This document shows, in pieces, positions 27,579-36,463 of a DNA stretch of 64,000 nucleotides (position 1 is its first letter; the number at the start of each line of letters is the position of its first letter). The DNA comes from an uncultured bacterium. GTDB taxonomy: Bacteria; UBP7; UBA6624. The notes beneath the pieces are model-generated. The model was not told the origin of the DNA and searched no databases. It was given only the letters and a program-made list of their open reading frames with translations. Position numbers and translations under genes: made by a program. The stretch covers positions 453 to 64,452 of the forward strand of contig CAXGSM010000004.1 of NCBI GenBank assembly GCA_964012435.1, written 5' to 3'.

Positions 27579-28503
27579 TCATCGAAACTCTTACAGGTAC
27601 CCAGGAAAAGGCCATTGGTTTGATTTTTGGAATTGCAGAATTGTTATCCCTTCAGAGAAGAAATGGTTTTTTATTATGCCTTATGTGATTTCCACAGATT
27701 CTGGTTTAAGAAAATTTTTCTATTCTTGTTCTTCATTTTCAGATGTTGAATGTTTTGAGATATTTGATGATTTAAAAATGAGTCAAGATAGTGCCAATAT
27801 TAGATGGCAGGATAATCTTTTTTCTTCAGATTTAATTTCTATATCTGAAAAGGGTAAAAAATGGAGTTTTTCAATTGATTCAGTATGCTCTGATGGAACA
27901 GGAAAAGGTTCTAATTTAAGAGCTTTTAACGTAAGGGAAAAATTACATTTAAGGTCTTTGCCTTTTATACACAGGGTTCCAACGATGAAAGGTTTTGCAA
28001 ATGGCTATATAGATTTTTTAGGAAATAGATTTGAGCTTAAAGATGCAATTGTTTATCAAGCAAAAAATCATGGACCGGACTTTCCTGAATCCTGGAATTG
28101 GCTACATGCGAATGTAATGCCACAATTCCCTGATTCTGCTTTTGAGATAGGGTTAATGCCCACAGCTGATGGTGACGAAGGTATTTTTAGATGGTCTAAC
28201 TTGAGCGAAACAGATATTTATGCTAGTTTTCTTGGACACGATATTTATTTTGAGAGCAGGGATGATTCTTTTGATTTTTTTGTTAAAGATAAAGATAAAA
28301 AAATAATAATAGAAGGGCAAGCAAAACACGGCTCAAAAAAAGAGATCATTTTCCCCAGTCCAAAAGAAAATAATCAGGCTTTTTTGAACCCTGAATCTTT
28401 TGATGGTTATGTTAGTGGCAATTATTTAGGTAAGTTTTTTGAATCAGATTTTCCTGCATTAGGGTCTGGTTTTAAAAAATATCATAATATTCAGATGCCT
28501 TAG
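27568..28503 (+). CDS. Tocopherol cyclase (VTE1)-like protein
   Basis: GHWFDFWNCRIVIPSEKKWFFIMPYV and GNRFELKDAIVYQAKNHGPDFPESWNWLHANV match, by eye and from memory, VTE1 blocks FFEGWYFRVSIP..F.FMYS and [31 protein letters not shown]. Confidence 0.6.
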   Translation: MNFDHRNSYRYPGKGHWFDFWNCRIVIPSEKKWFFIMPYVISTDSGLRKFFYSCSSFSDVECFEIFDDLKMSQDSANIRWQDNLFSSDLISISEKGKKWSFSIDSVCSDGTGKGSNLRAFNVREKLHLRSLPFIHRVPTMKGFANGYIDFLGNRFELKDAIVYQAKNHGPDFPESWNWLHANVMPQFPDSAFEIGLMPTADGDEGIFRWSNLSETDIYASFLGHDIYFESRDDSFDFFVKDKDKKIIIEGQAKHGSKKEIIFPSPKENNQAFLNPESFDGYVSGNYLGKFFESDFPALGSGFKKYHNIQMP

Positions 28504-28514
28504 AATATGTACTC

Positions 28515-29861
28515 ATGGACAGAGAAAAAAATTTTATTCCAGATGATTTTTATGACTTCATAGTCATAGGTGGTGGCCCAGCTGGCGCTGTATTCGCAAC
28601 ACTTGTAGCAAAAGAAGGCTATAAAGTTATAGTTTTAGAGGGGTCTAAATTTCCAAGATTTTGTGTTGGTGAGATAATTGCTCCAACAGCTATTTGGAGA
28701 ATTTGGCATCGATTAGGGGTTACAAAAGAGATGATGGATCCTTTGTTCATCCAAAAATGGGGTGCTGGCTGGATAACCCCAAATGGTACTCAATTTAATT
28801 TTGACCAAGACGTTCATCCTGAAGACTCAAGGTGTCATGCTCATGTTTATCAATTAGATCGTTCTGTTTATGATGAGTTTTTATTAAACCATGCACGAGA
28901 TAATGGTGTTACAGCCCTCGAGGAAGCAAGAGTTGAAGAGCTTTTCTATGATGAAAATGGAAGAATGAATGGAGTCTCTTTTGAACGTCATGGAAAAACT
29001 TTTGAAGTCAGATCGAAACTCGTTGTTGACGCTAGCGGAAGAACTAATTTCATACCTAGAAAATTAGGCATCAGGATGGAAATTGAGGAATTGCACTCGT
29101 TTGCCTGTTTTGCACATTGGGAAGATTGCAAAAAGGATCAAGGTAAAAATGCTGGAGATGTTAGGCTGTTATTTACTGAAAATGATCTTTGGTATTGGTG
29201 GGCACCACTTAAGGATCCAAAATCCTCTATAGGCATCGTCGCTAATAAGAATGTTCATTGGGATGAGTATTCAAAAGACCCTGAGGCGTTTTATGAAAAA
29301 TGGGTTTTGAATCATCCCTTCATAAAGAAAAGAATAGAAAATGCAACAAGGATTACTAATTTTGATGTAGTCAAAACAAGAATTAATCAGGCATCAAAAG
29401 ATTCTGCTCTTTTGACAAACTTCCATGCAAGGTCATCTGAAGCTGTAGGTGATGGCTGGGTCTTGATAGGGGATACTTTGGGTTTTGTTGATCCTGTATT
29501 TTCTGCTGGATTGCATGTTGTTCATGGTTCAGGAATGATCCTTGCTGACGCAGTGATAAAAGGAATGAAAGAAAACAACCTATCTGAAGGTTTCATTGAA
29601 AAAGAGTATCATGAAAAATACAAAGAAGAATTTCAAGATGTTCTTTTTCATATCCAGGGTTGGGCCCAACTTTATTACAATCCAAAATTTGTTGATATGT
29701 TTTTGAAGTGGGGTAATCGCTATCCAAAGATCAGAGATATGTACATACGAACCTTTATTGCTTTTGAAAAAAAAGCTATCAAAGAATTTAGTAAATTCTT
29801 TTTAAAGATTTTTAAAAATGTATCTCATAAGAGTGGATTCAAGCTTTCTGTTAAAAAATGA
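28515..29861 (+). CDS. FAD-dependent oxidoreductase, flavin-dependent halogenase-like
   Basis: FIVIGGGPAGAV Rossmann, KFPRFCVGE, DASGR, WYWWAP (WxWxIP-like) and GDTLGFVDPVFSAG. Confidence 0.7.
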   Translation: MDREKNFIPDDFYDFIVIGGGPAGAVFATLVAKEGYKVIVLEGSKFPRFCVGEIIAPTAIWRIWHRLGVTKEMMDPLFIQKWGAGWITPNGTQFNFDQDVHPEDSRCHAHVYQLDRSVYDEFLLNHARDNGVTALEEARVEELFYDENGRMNGVSFERHGKTFEVRSKLVVDASGRTNFIPRKLGIRMEIEELHSFACFAHWEDCKKDQGKNAGDVRLLFTENDLWYWWAPLKDPKSSIGIVANKNVHWDEYSKDPEAFYEKWVLNHPFIKKRIENATRITNFDVVKTRINQASKDSALLTNFHARSSEAVGDGWVLIGDTLGFVDPVFSAGLHVVHGSGMILADAVIKGMKENNLSEGFIEKEYHEKYKEEFQDVLFHIQGWAQLYYNPKFVDMFLKWGNRYPKIRDMYIRTFIAFEKKAIKEFSKFFLKIFKNVSHKSGFKLSVKK

Positions 29862-30706
29862 ATCAAAAAAAACGATTTTTCTATAATGCTTATTTAGAAA
29901 ATTTATATGCTCCAATAATGAGGTTCCTAATCATTATCAAACCCTTGTTTGTTCTTTTTGGAATTTTTTACTCTATTAAAAATCCTAATGATGCAATTGT
30001 TATGTGGACTCTTTCTCTGATCGTTTGTTTTTTTATGATTGTTTTGGGTACTGATATTGGATTGCACAGATATGATGCCCATAAATCTTTCAAAACGTCA
30101 AAGGCAAAAAGGATATTTTTGTTGTTTTGGTCTATTCCATGTATGAGCGGAAGCCCTTTGCATTGGGCTGTTGTTCACAGAAAGCACCATGCTGAGTGTG
30201 ACAGTGAAAATGATCCACATTCCCCTCATTCAATACCATGGTGGAAGGTTTGGTTTTACTTGCATCCAGCATATGAATTTGTGCCGCTTGAAAATAAAAA
30301 ATATTTTAAAGGTTTGATTTCAGACAAGGTTTATCAGCTCACACATGCTTATTATTTTTTACTTGTTTCTTTGTATCTTTTTTCATTATGGTATTTTTTT
30401 GGTTTTGAGTGGCTTCTTTTTGGAATGTTGATCCCATCAGCAATAGTTGATTGTCAAATGGCTTTTGTGAACGTTGTTTGCCATATGTATGGGTATGAGA
30501 ATTACAAAACAGGAAAACAGTGTCATTCAAAGAACAATTGGCTTGTTCATTTTCTGACTTTTTTTTCTTTTGGACTTCATAATAACCATCATTGGGATCC
30601 AGGTAATCATAGAACGTCTAAAAAGAAGGGGGAAGTTGACCTTTCTGCCTGGATTATTGAGGTGTTTTTTTTAGATAAATCAAGAAAAATTGATTCAACA
30701 AGATAG
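29858..30706 (+). CDS. Membrane fatty-acid desaturase, Delta9 acyl-CoA/acyl-lipid type (short)
   Basis: Three His boxes: HRYDAH, HRKHHAECDSENDPHSPH and HNNHH. Four hydrophobic segments. ATGA overlap with the upstream gene. Confidence 0.8.
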   Translation: MNQKKRFFYNAYLENLYAPIMRFLIIIKPLFVLFGIFYSIKNPNDAIVMWTLSLIVCFFMIVLGTDIGLHRYDAHKSFKTSKAKRIFLLFWSIPCMSGSPLHWAVVHRKHHAECDSENDPHSPHSIPWWKVWFYLHPAYEFVPLENKKYFKGLISDKVYQLTHAYYFLLVSLYLFSLWYFFGFEWLLFGMLIPSAIVDCQMAFVNVVCHMYGYENYKTGKQCHSKNNWLVHFLTFFSFGLHNNHHWDPGNHRTSKKKGEVDLSAWIIEVFFLDKSRKIDSTR

Positions 30707-31417
30707 CCTGCCATAACCTTCGATCATTTTTTCAACAAACAATTGAGGGTTTTTTGTAAAAGGTGCATGTTTAGATTTGAATTCGAAAAGCAAGCTTTTT
30801 TTTGCAGTTTTATTTACCCATTTTGCCTGCTCTAAAGGGTTGATTTTGTCATAAATTCCATGCATTAAAAGTATAGGTATTGGGAAGTTTTTTATCATTT
30901 TTCCAAAATCTGTTTCAAACATATCCCATCTCAAATTTTCTAAAAGGGTTTTGTCTGAGTTTTTGCAAGATTTCATGATTGAATTTATGTCATCTTGAGA
31001 CCAGTGTCCTTTCATCTCATTTAAGGTTGGTTTGATATGCCTTATTGGATCAGAAAAATAGTTATCAAGTCTTTGTTGCAAGATTTTTTTAGAAGTACTT
31101 GATTTTTTTTCTGCTGGAGATCCGTTTATAAATGATGCAACTTTTATGTTTAATTTTCCATATTTATTGATTGTGTTTTGAAGCAGAAAGGAACCCATGG
31201 ACCAGCCTGCGACTATGTCAGGTTTTTTATTCTCGATTTCTTGCTTGAGCCACAAACTAAGTTCTTTTAGGTTTTTTATTTGTGAGCTTTGAAAGCCATG
31301 GCCAGGCAGCGTTGGTCTGTAAACTGTCCATTGTTTTGGGAAATAATCAATTAAAGCTGACCATGTTTTATCACTCATTCCAGAACCATGCAACAATAAG
31401 CATTTAACTTTTTTCAT
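30695..31417 (-). CDS. Alpha/beta hydrolase
   Basis: LLHGSGMS and nucleophile elbow GWSMGS, with a C-terminal H (SKHAPF). The 3' end overlaps the desaturase 3' end by 12 nt. Confidence 0.8.
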   Translation of the reverse strand: MKKVKCLLLHGSGMSDKTWSALIDYFPKQWTVYRPTLPGHGFQSSQIKNLKELSLWLKQEIENKKPDIVAGWSMGSFLLQNTINKYGKLNIKVASFINGSPAEKKSSTSKKILQQRLDNYFSDPIRHIKPTLNEMKGHWSQDDINSIMKSCKNSDKTLLENLRWDMFETDFGKMIKNFPIPILLMHGIYDKINPLEQAKWVNKTAKKSLLFEFKSKHAPFTKNPQLFVEKMIEGYGRLSC

Positions 31418-31452
31418 GCCTTTATCCTAGAGTCTAAGTCTAGAATTAGAGC

Positions 31453-32514
31453 ATGTTAAAAAGAACCCCTTTATTTAATGTTCATTGTGAATTAAAAGCA
31501 AGATTTGGACCCTTTGGTGATTGGGAAATGCCTTTATGGTTTGAGGAAGGTATCAAAAGTGAGGTCAGGTCAGTTAGGGAAGATGCTGGTATTTTTGATG
31601 TTAGTCATATGGGTGAATTTTTAATTTCTGGCAAAAAATCACTTGATTTTTTACAGGTATTGCTTACAAATGATATTAGAAAAATTGGAATTAACCAGGC
31701 CCAGTACAACCTTATGCTGAATGAAAAAGGAGGAGTAATAGACGATCTTATTGTTTATAGGCTTGGTTTAGAAGATTGGAGGTTGGTGGTCAATGCTTCA
31801 AATACAGAAGCGGGCAAAAAATGGATTTCTTCAAGATTAACAGAAGGTGTTTCTTTTAGAGATGAAACCGATGAATGGAGCTTAATTGCTCTACAAGGTC
31901 CTAAAAGTAGTTTTTATTTAAAAGAAGCTGGCTTTGATGTTGGCTCTTTGGGCAAATTTGAATTTAAAAAAGGTGAAATTGACGATATAAAAGTAGAGAT
32001 TGCTAGAACAGGTTACACAGGAGAGGATGGATTTGAGATTTTTGTCAGGCCGATGGAGGCAGAATCTGTTTATAGAAAGCTTTTAAACCTCGGTGCTGCT
32101 CCTATCGGGCTGGGTGCAAGGGATGCTTTAAGGCTTGAAGTTTGTTATCCTCTTCATGGACATGAGATAAGCTTGAGCGTAAACCCGATTGAAGCCAGTC
32201 TCAAATGGGCTATAAAGTTTGAAAAAGGAGACTTTATAGGCAAGGAAGAATTGCTTCTTTACATTGATAAAAAAAAGAAAAGAAAAATTTTTGCTTTGCT
32301 CCCTGAAGTTCCAGTTAGGGAGGGGTCTGAAGTTTACCTTGGTGATCTTTTGGTTGGAAAAATTACAAGTGGACTTTATTCTCCAACTTTAAAAAAACCA
32401 ATTGCATTGGCTTTGTTGGAAGATTTTGACGAAAACAACAAAGAAGTCTTAATTAAAAAAGGAAAAAGGTTTAAGATTGCTACGTTGTGCAAAAAGCCTT
32501 TTTATAGGAGATAA
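31453..32514 (+). CDS. gcvT: Glycine cleavage system T protein (aminomethyltransferase)
   Basis: KRTPLF, GIFDVSHMGEF, ARTGYTGEDGFEI and GLGARDALRLE. Confidence 0.95.
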   Translation: MLKRTPLFNVHCELKARFGPFGDWEMPLWFEEGIKSEVRSVREDAGIFDVSHMGEFLISGKKSLDFLQVLLTNDIRKIGINQAQYNLMLNEKGGVIDDLIVYRLGLEDWRLVVNASNTEAGKKWISSRLTEGVSFRDETDEWSLIALQGPKSSFYLKEAGFDVGSLGKFEFKKGEIDDIKVEIARTGYTGEDGFEIFVRPMEAESVYRKLLNLGAAPIGLGARDALRLEVCYPLHGHEISLSVNPIEASLKWAIKFEKGDFIGKEELLLYIDKKKKRKIFALLPEVPVREGSEVYLGDLLVGKITSGLYSPTLKKPIALALLEDFDENNKEVLIKKGKRFKIATLCKKPFYRR

Positions 32515-32518
32515 ATTT

Positions 32519-32878
32519 ATGCTTTATTCAAAAACACATGAATGGTTTGACAAAGACGCTAACAGGATAGGAATAACTGACCATGCACAAAATGCCTTAG
32601 GTGATTTAACCTATATTGAAATCCTTGTTGAAGAAGGCGATGAAGTTTCTATAGGTGATGAAATTGCTGAGATAGATAGTGTTAAAACTAGTGAAGTTGT
32701 TTACTCTCCTGTTTCTGGGATTGTTGCAAGCGTAAATGAAGATCTTGAAGATAGCCCTCAGTTGATAAATGCTTCTGCTGAAAATGAAGGTTGGCTTGTT
32801 TCTTTTTCCAGCTTTGATAAAAATGAAGATTTGATGAACTCTGCGGCTTATGAGACTTACAGGCAAGAAGAACATTAA
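32519..32878 (+). CDS. gcvH: Glycine cleavage system H protein
   Basis: YSKTHEWF, and EIDSVKTSEVVYSPVSG with the lipoyl-lysine. Start trimmed to ATG 32519; the track's TTG 32477 would overlap gcvT. Confidence 0.93.
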   Translation: MLYSKTHEWFDKDANRIGITDHAQNALGDLTYIEILVEEGDEVSIGDEIAEIDSVKTSEVVYSPVSGIVASVNEDLEDSPQLINASAENEGWLVSFSSFDKNEDLMNSAAYETYRQEEH

Positions 32879-35727
32879 TGACATTTGTTGAAAGGCATAT
32901 TGGAACTACAGACTCTCAAAAAGAGGAGATGCTTGAGTATTTAGGCTTTTCATCCATGGAGGAACTGTCTAGAAGGGCTATTCCTGATTCTATTTTTTTA
33001 AACAAAGATTTAGATGTTGGTGATTCTTTAAGTGAGCATCAAGCAGAGCAGCTTATATTTGATATCTTAGATAAAAATGATATTTTTAAATCTTTTATAG
33101 GGATGGGGTATTATGGAACGCGCCTTCCAAATGTTGTCAAAAGAAATATACTTGAGAATCCTGGTTGGTACACTCAATACACTCCTTATCAAGCAGAAAT
33201 TTCTCAAGGTAGGCTAGAGATGCTTTTCAATTTTCAAACCATGATTGCTGATCTAACAGGCTTGGAGGTGTCTAATTCTTCTCTTCTTGACGAGTCTACT
33301 GCAGCAGCTGAAGCTATGATAATGAGTTTTAATCTTCAGAGAAAAAAAAATAAGAAAAGATATCTCGTTCATGACAAGTGTCACCCGCAAACAATAGAGC
33401 TTTTAAAAACAAGAGCTGAACCTCTGGGAATCTTGATTGATGAATTGAATTTTGATGTTGATATTAAAGAAATTCCTGGTGATGTTTTTGGATTAATTTT
33501 ACAAACTCCTGATACTGAGGGAACGATATTGAATGACTATTCAGAATTAGTAAAAGCTGTCAAGGATGAAAAAGGTATAGTCACAGTAGCGACAGACTTA
33601 ATGGCACTTGTTCTTTTTAACCCTCCTTCTGAGTATGGTGCTGACATTGTTGTCGGCAATGCGCAAAGGTTTGGGGTTCCTTTGGGTTACGGAGGACCTC
33701 ACGCTGCATTTTTTGCTACAAAGGAAAAATATAAAAGAAAAATACCTGGAAGGGTTGTTGGTCTTTCAGTTGATTCTGAAGGAGCTCCAGCATATAGGTT
33801 ATCTCTTCAGAGCAGAGAGCAACATATAAGAAGAGAGCGAGCAACAAGCAATATTTGCACAAGCCAGGTTTTATTGGCTGTTATTTCTGCTGCATATGCA
33901 ATGTACCATGGGCCAAAAGGTCTTAAAAATATTGCAAAAAAAATCCATTTCTTAATTGATCTTCTGCATGGAAGTTTAAAAAAATCAGGATTTAAAGTTG
34001 AATCTTCAATTGTTTTTGACACATTGAAGGTTTATTGTGACGCAGAAAAAATTTACAAAAAAGCAATTGATCAAAAGATCAATCTTAGAAAATTTGATAA
34101 ATTTGCAATTGGGGTTTCATTTGATGAGCTTACTGAGGTTAAAGATGTACAGGAGCTTTTAAGTATTTTTGGCATAAATAGTGACTTTGATGATCTTGAG
34201 AAAGATTTTTTTGAAAAAACAACTACAAAAAGTATTGAAAGCGCTAAAAGGTCAAGTGTTTATTTGAGCAATCCTGTTTTTAATATTTTGCACAGTGAAC
34301 ATAATATGCTTAGATATTTAAAAAGGCTTGAAAACAAAGACTTGAGCCTTACGTCATCAATGATACCTTTAGGCTCTTGCACAATGAAGCTTAACCCAAC
34401 TTCATGCATGTACCCGGTAACATTGGCTAAAAACTCCAACATTCACCCATTTGCTCCTGAGCCACAGGTGAAAGGATATAAGGATTTAATTAATTGGCTT
34501 GAGAGGGACCTATGTGCTCTAACAGGTTTTGATGGGTGTTCGCTTCAGCCAAATGCCGGCTCTCAAGGTGAATACGCTGGCCTTTTATGCATAAGGGATT
34601 ATCACTTAAGCAACGGCAATAAGCATAAAAAAGTTTGCCTGATACCTAGCTCTGCTCATGGAACAAATCCTGCGAGTGCAGTTATGGCGGGCTTCAAGGT
34701 GAAAGTGGTTGCTTGTGATAAGCATGGAAATGTTGACTTTGAAGACTTGCAGGATAAATGCAAAAAGCATGGTGATGAAATTGGAGCATTAATGGTTACC
34801 TATCCTTCAACCCATGGTGTTTTTGAACACAAAATTAAAGATATTGCTGATTTGATTCATTCTGTTGGTGGCCAGGTTTATATGGATGGTGCAAACATGA
34901 ATGCCCAGGTCGGTTTATGTAGACCTGGTGATTATGGAATGGATGTCTGCCACCTAAACCTTCATAAAACTTTTTGCATACCACATGGTGGAGGGGGGCC
35001 AGGGGTTGGCCCAATCTGTGTCGCAAAGCATCTTAAGGCTTTTTTACCTAGTCATTCAGTGATAAAAACAGGATACAGAGGCAAACAGGTTTCTTCTGCT
35101 CCTTGGGGAAGTGCATCTATACTTTGCATTCCTTTTCTTTACATAAGGATGATGGGCTTTTCAGGCTTAAAAAAAGCAACTCAAACAGCAATATTGAATG
35201 CAAATTATTTAATGAAAAAAACTCAAAAAGCATACAAGGTTCTTTATAAGGGAAAAACTGGAAATGTTGCACATGAATTCATTCTTGATTTGCGTGATAT
35301 TGAAAACGATACAGGCGTTAATGTAACTGATATAGCTAAAAGGTTGATGGATTATGGATTTCATGCTCCTACTGTTTCGTTTCCAGTTCCAGGGACAGTG
35401 ATGATCGAACCAACCGAAAGTGAAGACAAAGTCGAACTAGATAGGTTTGCAGAAGCTTTGATTTCAATAAGAAAAGAAATTGACGAAATTAACACAGGAG
35501 TTATGCCAAAAGAAAATAATGTCTTAAAAAATTCCCCTCATACCGCAATATCAATAGCAAGCTCTAACTGGGATCGTCCCTACACGAGAGAAAAAGCTTT
35601 TTTCCCTTTGGCTTGGGTTAAAGAGAGGAAATTTTATCCTTCTGTATCCAGGATAGACGAAACTTTTGGAGATAGGAATTTTATTTGCACTTGTCCCCCA
35701 GTTGAGAGTTTTGATGTCAAGGATTAA
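32878..35727 (+). CDS. gcvP: Glycine dehydrogenase (decarboxylating), single-chain P protein
   Basis: 949 aa. YTPYQAEISQGRLE, NLHKTFCIPHGGGGPG (PLP-lysine region) and FHAPTVSFPV. Confidence 0.96.
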   Translation: MTFVERHIGTTDSQKEEMLEYLGFSSMEELSRRAIPDSIFLNKDLDVGDSLSEHQAEQLIFDILDKNDIFKSFIGMGYYGTRLPNVVKRNILENPGWYTQYTPYQAEISQGRLEMLFNFQTMIADLTGLEVSNSSLLDESTAAAEAMIMSFNLQRKKNKKRYLVHDKCHPQTIELLKTRAEPLGILIDELNFDVDIKEIPGDVFGLILQTPDTEGTILNDYSELVKAVKDEKGIVTVATDLMALVLFNPPSEYGADIVVGNAQRFGVPLGYGGPHAAFFATKEKYKRKIPGRVVGLSVDSEGAPAYRLSLQSREQHIRRERATSNICTSQVLLAVISAAYAMYHGPKGLKNIAKKIHFLIDLLHGSLKKSGFKVESSIVFDTLKVYCDAEKIYKKAIDQKINLRKFDKFAIGVSFDELTEVKDVQELLSIFGINSDFDDLEKDFFEKTTTKSIESAKRSSVYLSNPVFNILHSEHNMLRYLKRLENKDLSLTSSMIPLGSCTMKLNPTSCMYPVTLAKNSNIHPFAPEPQVKGYKDLINWLERDLCALTGFDGCSLQPNAGSQGEYAGLLCIRDYHLSNGNKHKKVCLIPSSAHGTNPASAVMAGFKVKVVACDKHGNVDFEDLQDKCKKHGDEIGALMVTYPSTHGVFEHKIKDIADLIHSVGGQVYMDGANMNAQVGLCRPGDYGMDVCHLNLHKTFCIPHGGGGPGVGPICVAKHLKAFLPSHSVIKTGYRGKQVSSAPWGSASILCIPFLYIRMMGFSGLKKATQTAILNANYLMKKTQKAYKVLYKGKTGNVAHEFILDLRDIENDTGVNVTDIAKRLMDYGFHAPTVSFPVPGTVMIEPTESEDKVELDRFAEALISIRKEIDEINTGVMPKENNVLKNSPHTAISIASSNWDRPYTREKAFFPLAWVKERKFYPSVSRIDETFGDRNFICTCPPVESFDVKD

Positions 35728-36457
35728 TTATCTAGATCACTCCGCAGATAATCAGAATCTTAATTTGAAGATTGAGGAGTTCCTTCTTGAGGATGTCAAA
35801 TTGAATCCAGATAATGTTTGGTTGAGGTTTTGGAAAGGTGATGATTCTGTTGTTTTAGGCAAATCACAAAAAATAGAAGAAGTTTGCAATATTGAAAATT
35901 GTATTGACGACAATGTTGGTGTTTATAGAAGGTTCAGTGGAGGTGGTGCTGTTTTTCATGATAGCGGTAATCTCAATATAGCCATAGCGCTTGATAGAAA
36001 GAGGTGGAAGCTACCTCTTGATCCAAAAAAATCTTTTGAATGGCTTTCTTTGATAATACAAAGATTTTTAAATGAAAATGGACTAAACAGTTCGACTGGG
36101 AGGATAAGTGATATACTTGCTGCAAAATCTGATGATTTTAAAAAAGTTTCAGGGACAGCTCAGGCCAGAAGAGGCAATGCACTTCTTTGGCACGGCACAT
36201 TGCTTATTGACACGCCGATCGATAAAATAAAAAGATATTTGCCAATACCTCCTGATAGGCCAGGCATACCACATGAAGACTATGTTTCAAATTTGAAAAT
36301 GTTAGATGTTTGTCTGGATGTTAAATCTATAAAAAAGCAAATATTAGAAATAGCAAAAGATTTTTTTCAAATCCCATGCCTTGAATTTGATTTTAATGAC
36401 CGAATCAAGGAGAGATTGCCAGAAACAGAATATATGAATATTTTGAAAAAAGGATAA
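35714..36457 (+). CDS. lplA: Lipoate-protein ligase A family protein
   Basis: RRFSGGGAVFHDSGNLNI and KVSGTAQARRGNALLWHGTLL. ATG 35714 overlaps the gcvP stop by 14 nt; the track's 35666 start is an over-extension. Confidence 0.8.
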   Translation: MSRINYLDHSADNQNLNLKIEEFLLEDVKLNPDNVWLRFWKGDDSVVLGKSQKIEEVCNIENCIDDNVGVYRRFSGGGAVFHDSGNLNIAIALDRKRWKLPLDPKKSFEWLSLIIQRFLNENGLNSSTGRISDILAAKSDDFKKVSGTAQARRGNALLWHGTLLIDTPIDKIKRYLPIPPDRPGIPHEDYVSNLKMLDVCLDVKSIKKQILEIAKDFFQIPCLEFDFNDRIKERLPETEYMNILKKG

Positions 36458-36463
36458 ATTCAA

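Noticed and set aside
31418-31452. Glycine riboswitch upstream of gcvT; T-box leaders upstream of ileS (3388-3467) and tyrS (43945-43993)
   Set aside because: The spacers are only 35, 80 and 49 nt. They are AT-rich and lack the conserved cores, so they are too short for these RNAs.
32477-32518. N-terminal extensions given by the ORF track for gcvH (32477), lplA (35666), the lyase (38586), nadE (25570), YqeY (61616) and others
   Set aside because: The extensions overlap the preceding gene or add residues unlike the family N-terminus. Internal ATGs give canonical N-termini and short coupling overlaps.
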